Shown here piece after piece: positions 62,560 through 64,000 of a stretch of 64,000 nt of DNA. The stretch is taken from assembly GCA_907165135.1 (NCBI GenBank), contig OU015569.1, forward strand, positions 10,478,001 through 10,542,000. The letters run 5' to 3'. The DNA comes from Oikopleura dioica. Taxonomy: Eukaryota > Animalia > Chordata. The notes below the pieces were generated by a model, which did no database searches, was not told the origin of the DNA, and saw nothing but the letters and a program-made list of their open reading frames with translations. Each line of letters opens with the position of its first letter. Position 1 is the first letter of the stretch. Position numbers and translations under genes: made by a program.

Positions 62560-63460
62560 ATGAAAGTTGAGGATTTGCTGAAGAATAATGATAAGAAAGA
62601 TATTGGAATTATTGTGCCAGATGATTGGCAATCCGTCAGCTACGACTGCGATCAGTTCGCTCTCCCCAATCATTACAAGAAGGTGAGCCACAGCCATTGA
62701 GAGTTTCATCTAGTGAAATTTTGAATTGCAGTATCTCGATCGAGTAATCTTGCCGCGAGGACTCGTCCTTGATCGAACGGAAAAGCTTGGTAAGAAAAAG
62801 AAAATCTAAACAGAACCTGATCTCGCTTCTAGTTCTGGATTTGTTTCACAGTCTCGACAGATCTGTGCCCGTCGTTGCTTTGTGCGTGCTCAAGGGTGGC
62901 TTCCAGTACTTTGCGGATGTGTGCGACAATTTGAAGCGACACGCAGCGGCTCACTACCCAGAGGCGATTCAGTTCAACATGGATTTTATCCGACTCAAGT
63001 CCTACGAAGGTAGCTTTAAAGGCAAAACAGTCACTTATTTATCCATTTTACAGATGACCGTGCGAATGAGGAAGTGCAAGTAATTGGCGGTGACAACTTG
63101 GAGCATCTTCGTGGGAAGCAGGTGATCGTCGTTGAGGATATTGTCGACACTGGCAATACCATCCGAAAGCTGATGAATGTTCTTGCCAAGTATGATCCAA
63201 AGAGCGTCAAAGGTACCCCCTCTATCGTTGAAATGCGAGTTTATTCGATGATTCTAGTGGTGACGATGCTTTCAAAGCGAACGCCGCTGAATACCAGTGG
63301 CTATGTGGCTGACTTCTCGGCCTTCTCGATTCCCGTCTTTTTCGCTGTTGGATACGCCCTAGACTACAACGAGTACTTTAGAGATTTGAACCACGTCTGT
63401 GTGCTAAACGAAGAAGGCATCGAAAAATTCTCTGCCAAGAATCTTCCTACTCTTTCTTAA
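62560..63460 (+). CDS. HPRT1: Hypoxanthine-guanine phosphoribosyltransferase, multi-exon
   Basis: VALCVLKGG, DFIRLKSY, PRPP motif VIVVEDIVDTGNT and FAVGYALDYNEYFRDLNHVCV. Confidence 0.95.
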
Positions 63461-63725
63461 CATTTAAGTTCAAGCATCCAGACAATCCAGTGCATCTAGA
63501 CTCATTTTTATTCAAATAATTCTAGGTTAAAGTTAATATTTAATAAAAAAAAACTCATAAATGTGTCAACTCATAACTAAATATCTCATCCTGTCCAACT
63601 CAACAACAAACAGTAACTTACGCTCTTACTTAACTAAAAACACACCCAAAACTCACCAATTAACTTGTGCTTCGTTAGATTTGGGATAAGTCGTTGTCGT
63701 CTTCAAATACAAAATCAGAAAAAAC

Positions 63726-64000
63726 ATGTCTGTGCCTGCCCTTGTGGATGAACTGCGCCAGATGTGCAAGAGCAGGCAGATAGAGGAATTTTGGAAAAGA
63801 TGCGGAGAGTTGAGCGCGATTTGGACAGAGGAGGGGAAAAGACCAGCTTCAGATCAAGTACGCTTCGTATTAATAATCGTTTTTGTAAAAAACTTTTAGG
63901 CTATTCACTCAGTTATCGGCCAGTTGGACTCGATCCTCGCTGAGAACAATGCAGACAACAGTTACTGCCTTGTAAGCCTGGCGATATTGATGATCAGAAG
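63726..64000 (+). CDS. 5' part of a gene, possibly COP9 signalosome subunit 3
   Basis: MSVPALVDELRQMCKSRQIEEF..|AIHSVIGQLD..NSYCL loosely resembles the CSN3 N-terminus (FVNSVRQLSAQGQ..HLDTVLGALD). GT-AG introns; truncated by the window end. Confidence 0.4.

Noticed and set aside
1-64000. tRNA, rRNA, SL RNA, snRNA genes or CRISPR arrays
   Set aside because: No cloverleaf or T-loop context, no rRNA or SL-exon match, and no repeat-spacer array seen by eye. A covariance-model scan (tRNAscan-SE, Infernal/Rfam) was not run.

Overview
This is a eukaryotic window, most likely from the larvacean tunicate Oikopleura dioica. That is an inference from tiny introns, GA/GC/GG splice donors, tightly packed same-strand gene runs with an acceptor just before the ATG, and chordate-type genes. 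Gene models were assembled by hand from the ORF track plus splice signals, so spans are gene-level and some exon edges are approximate. Recognisable genes: rootletin, an IRG-like GTPase, adenosine deaminase, an SLC38 transporter, a Cip/Kip CDK inhibitor, a GAL3ST-like sulfotransferase, O-GlcNAcase, MRPS30, two tandem Dpy-30-domain genes, SLC35B4, POGLUT2/3, HPRT and a probable CSN3 start. There are also several orphan genes and several small DNA-transposon relics. Highlights: (1) a 748-bp hAT element with 8-bp TSDs inserted in the last coding exon of a small membrane protein, carrying in-frame acceptors in its right end that could rescue the C-terminus; (2) an IRG-like protein with intact G1/G4 but no G3 DxxG; (3) an inverted duplicate of a gene 3' end 42 kb apart. 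No prokaryotic features, CRISPR arrays, rRNA or tRNA were recognised.
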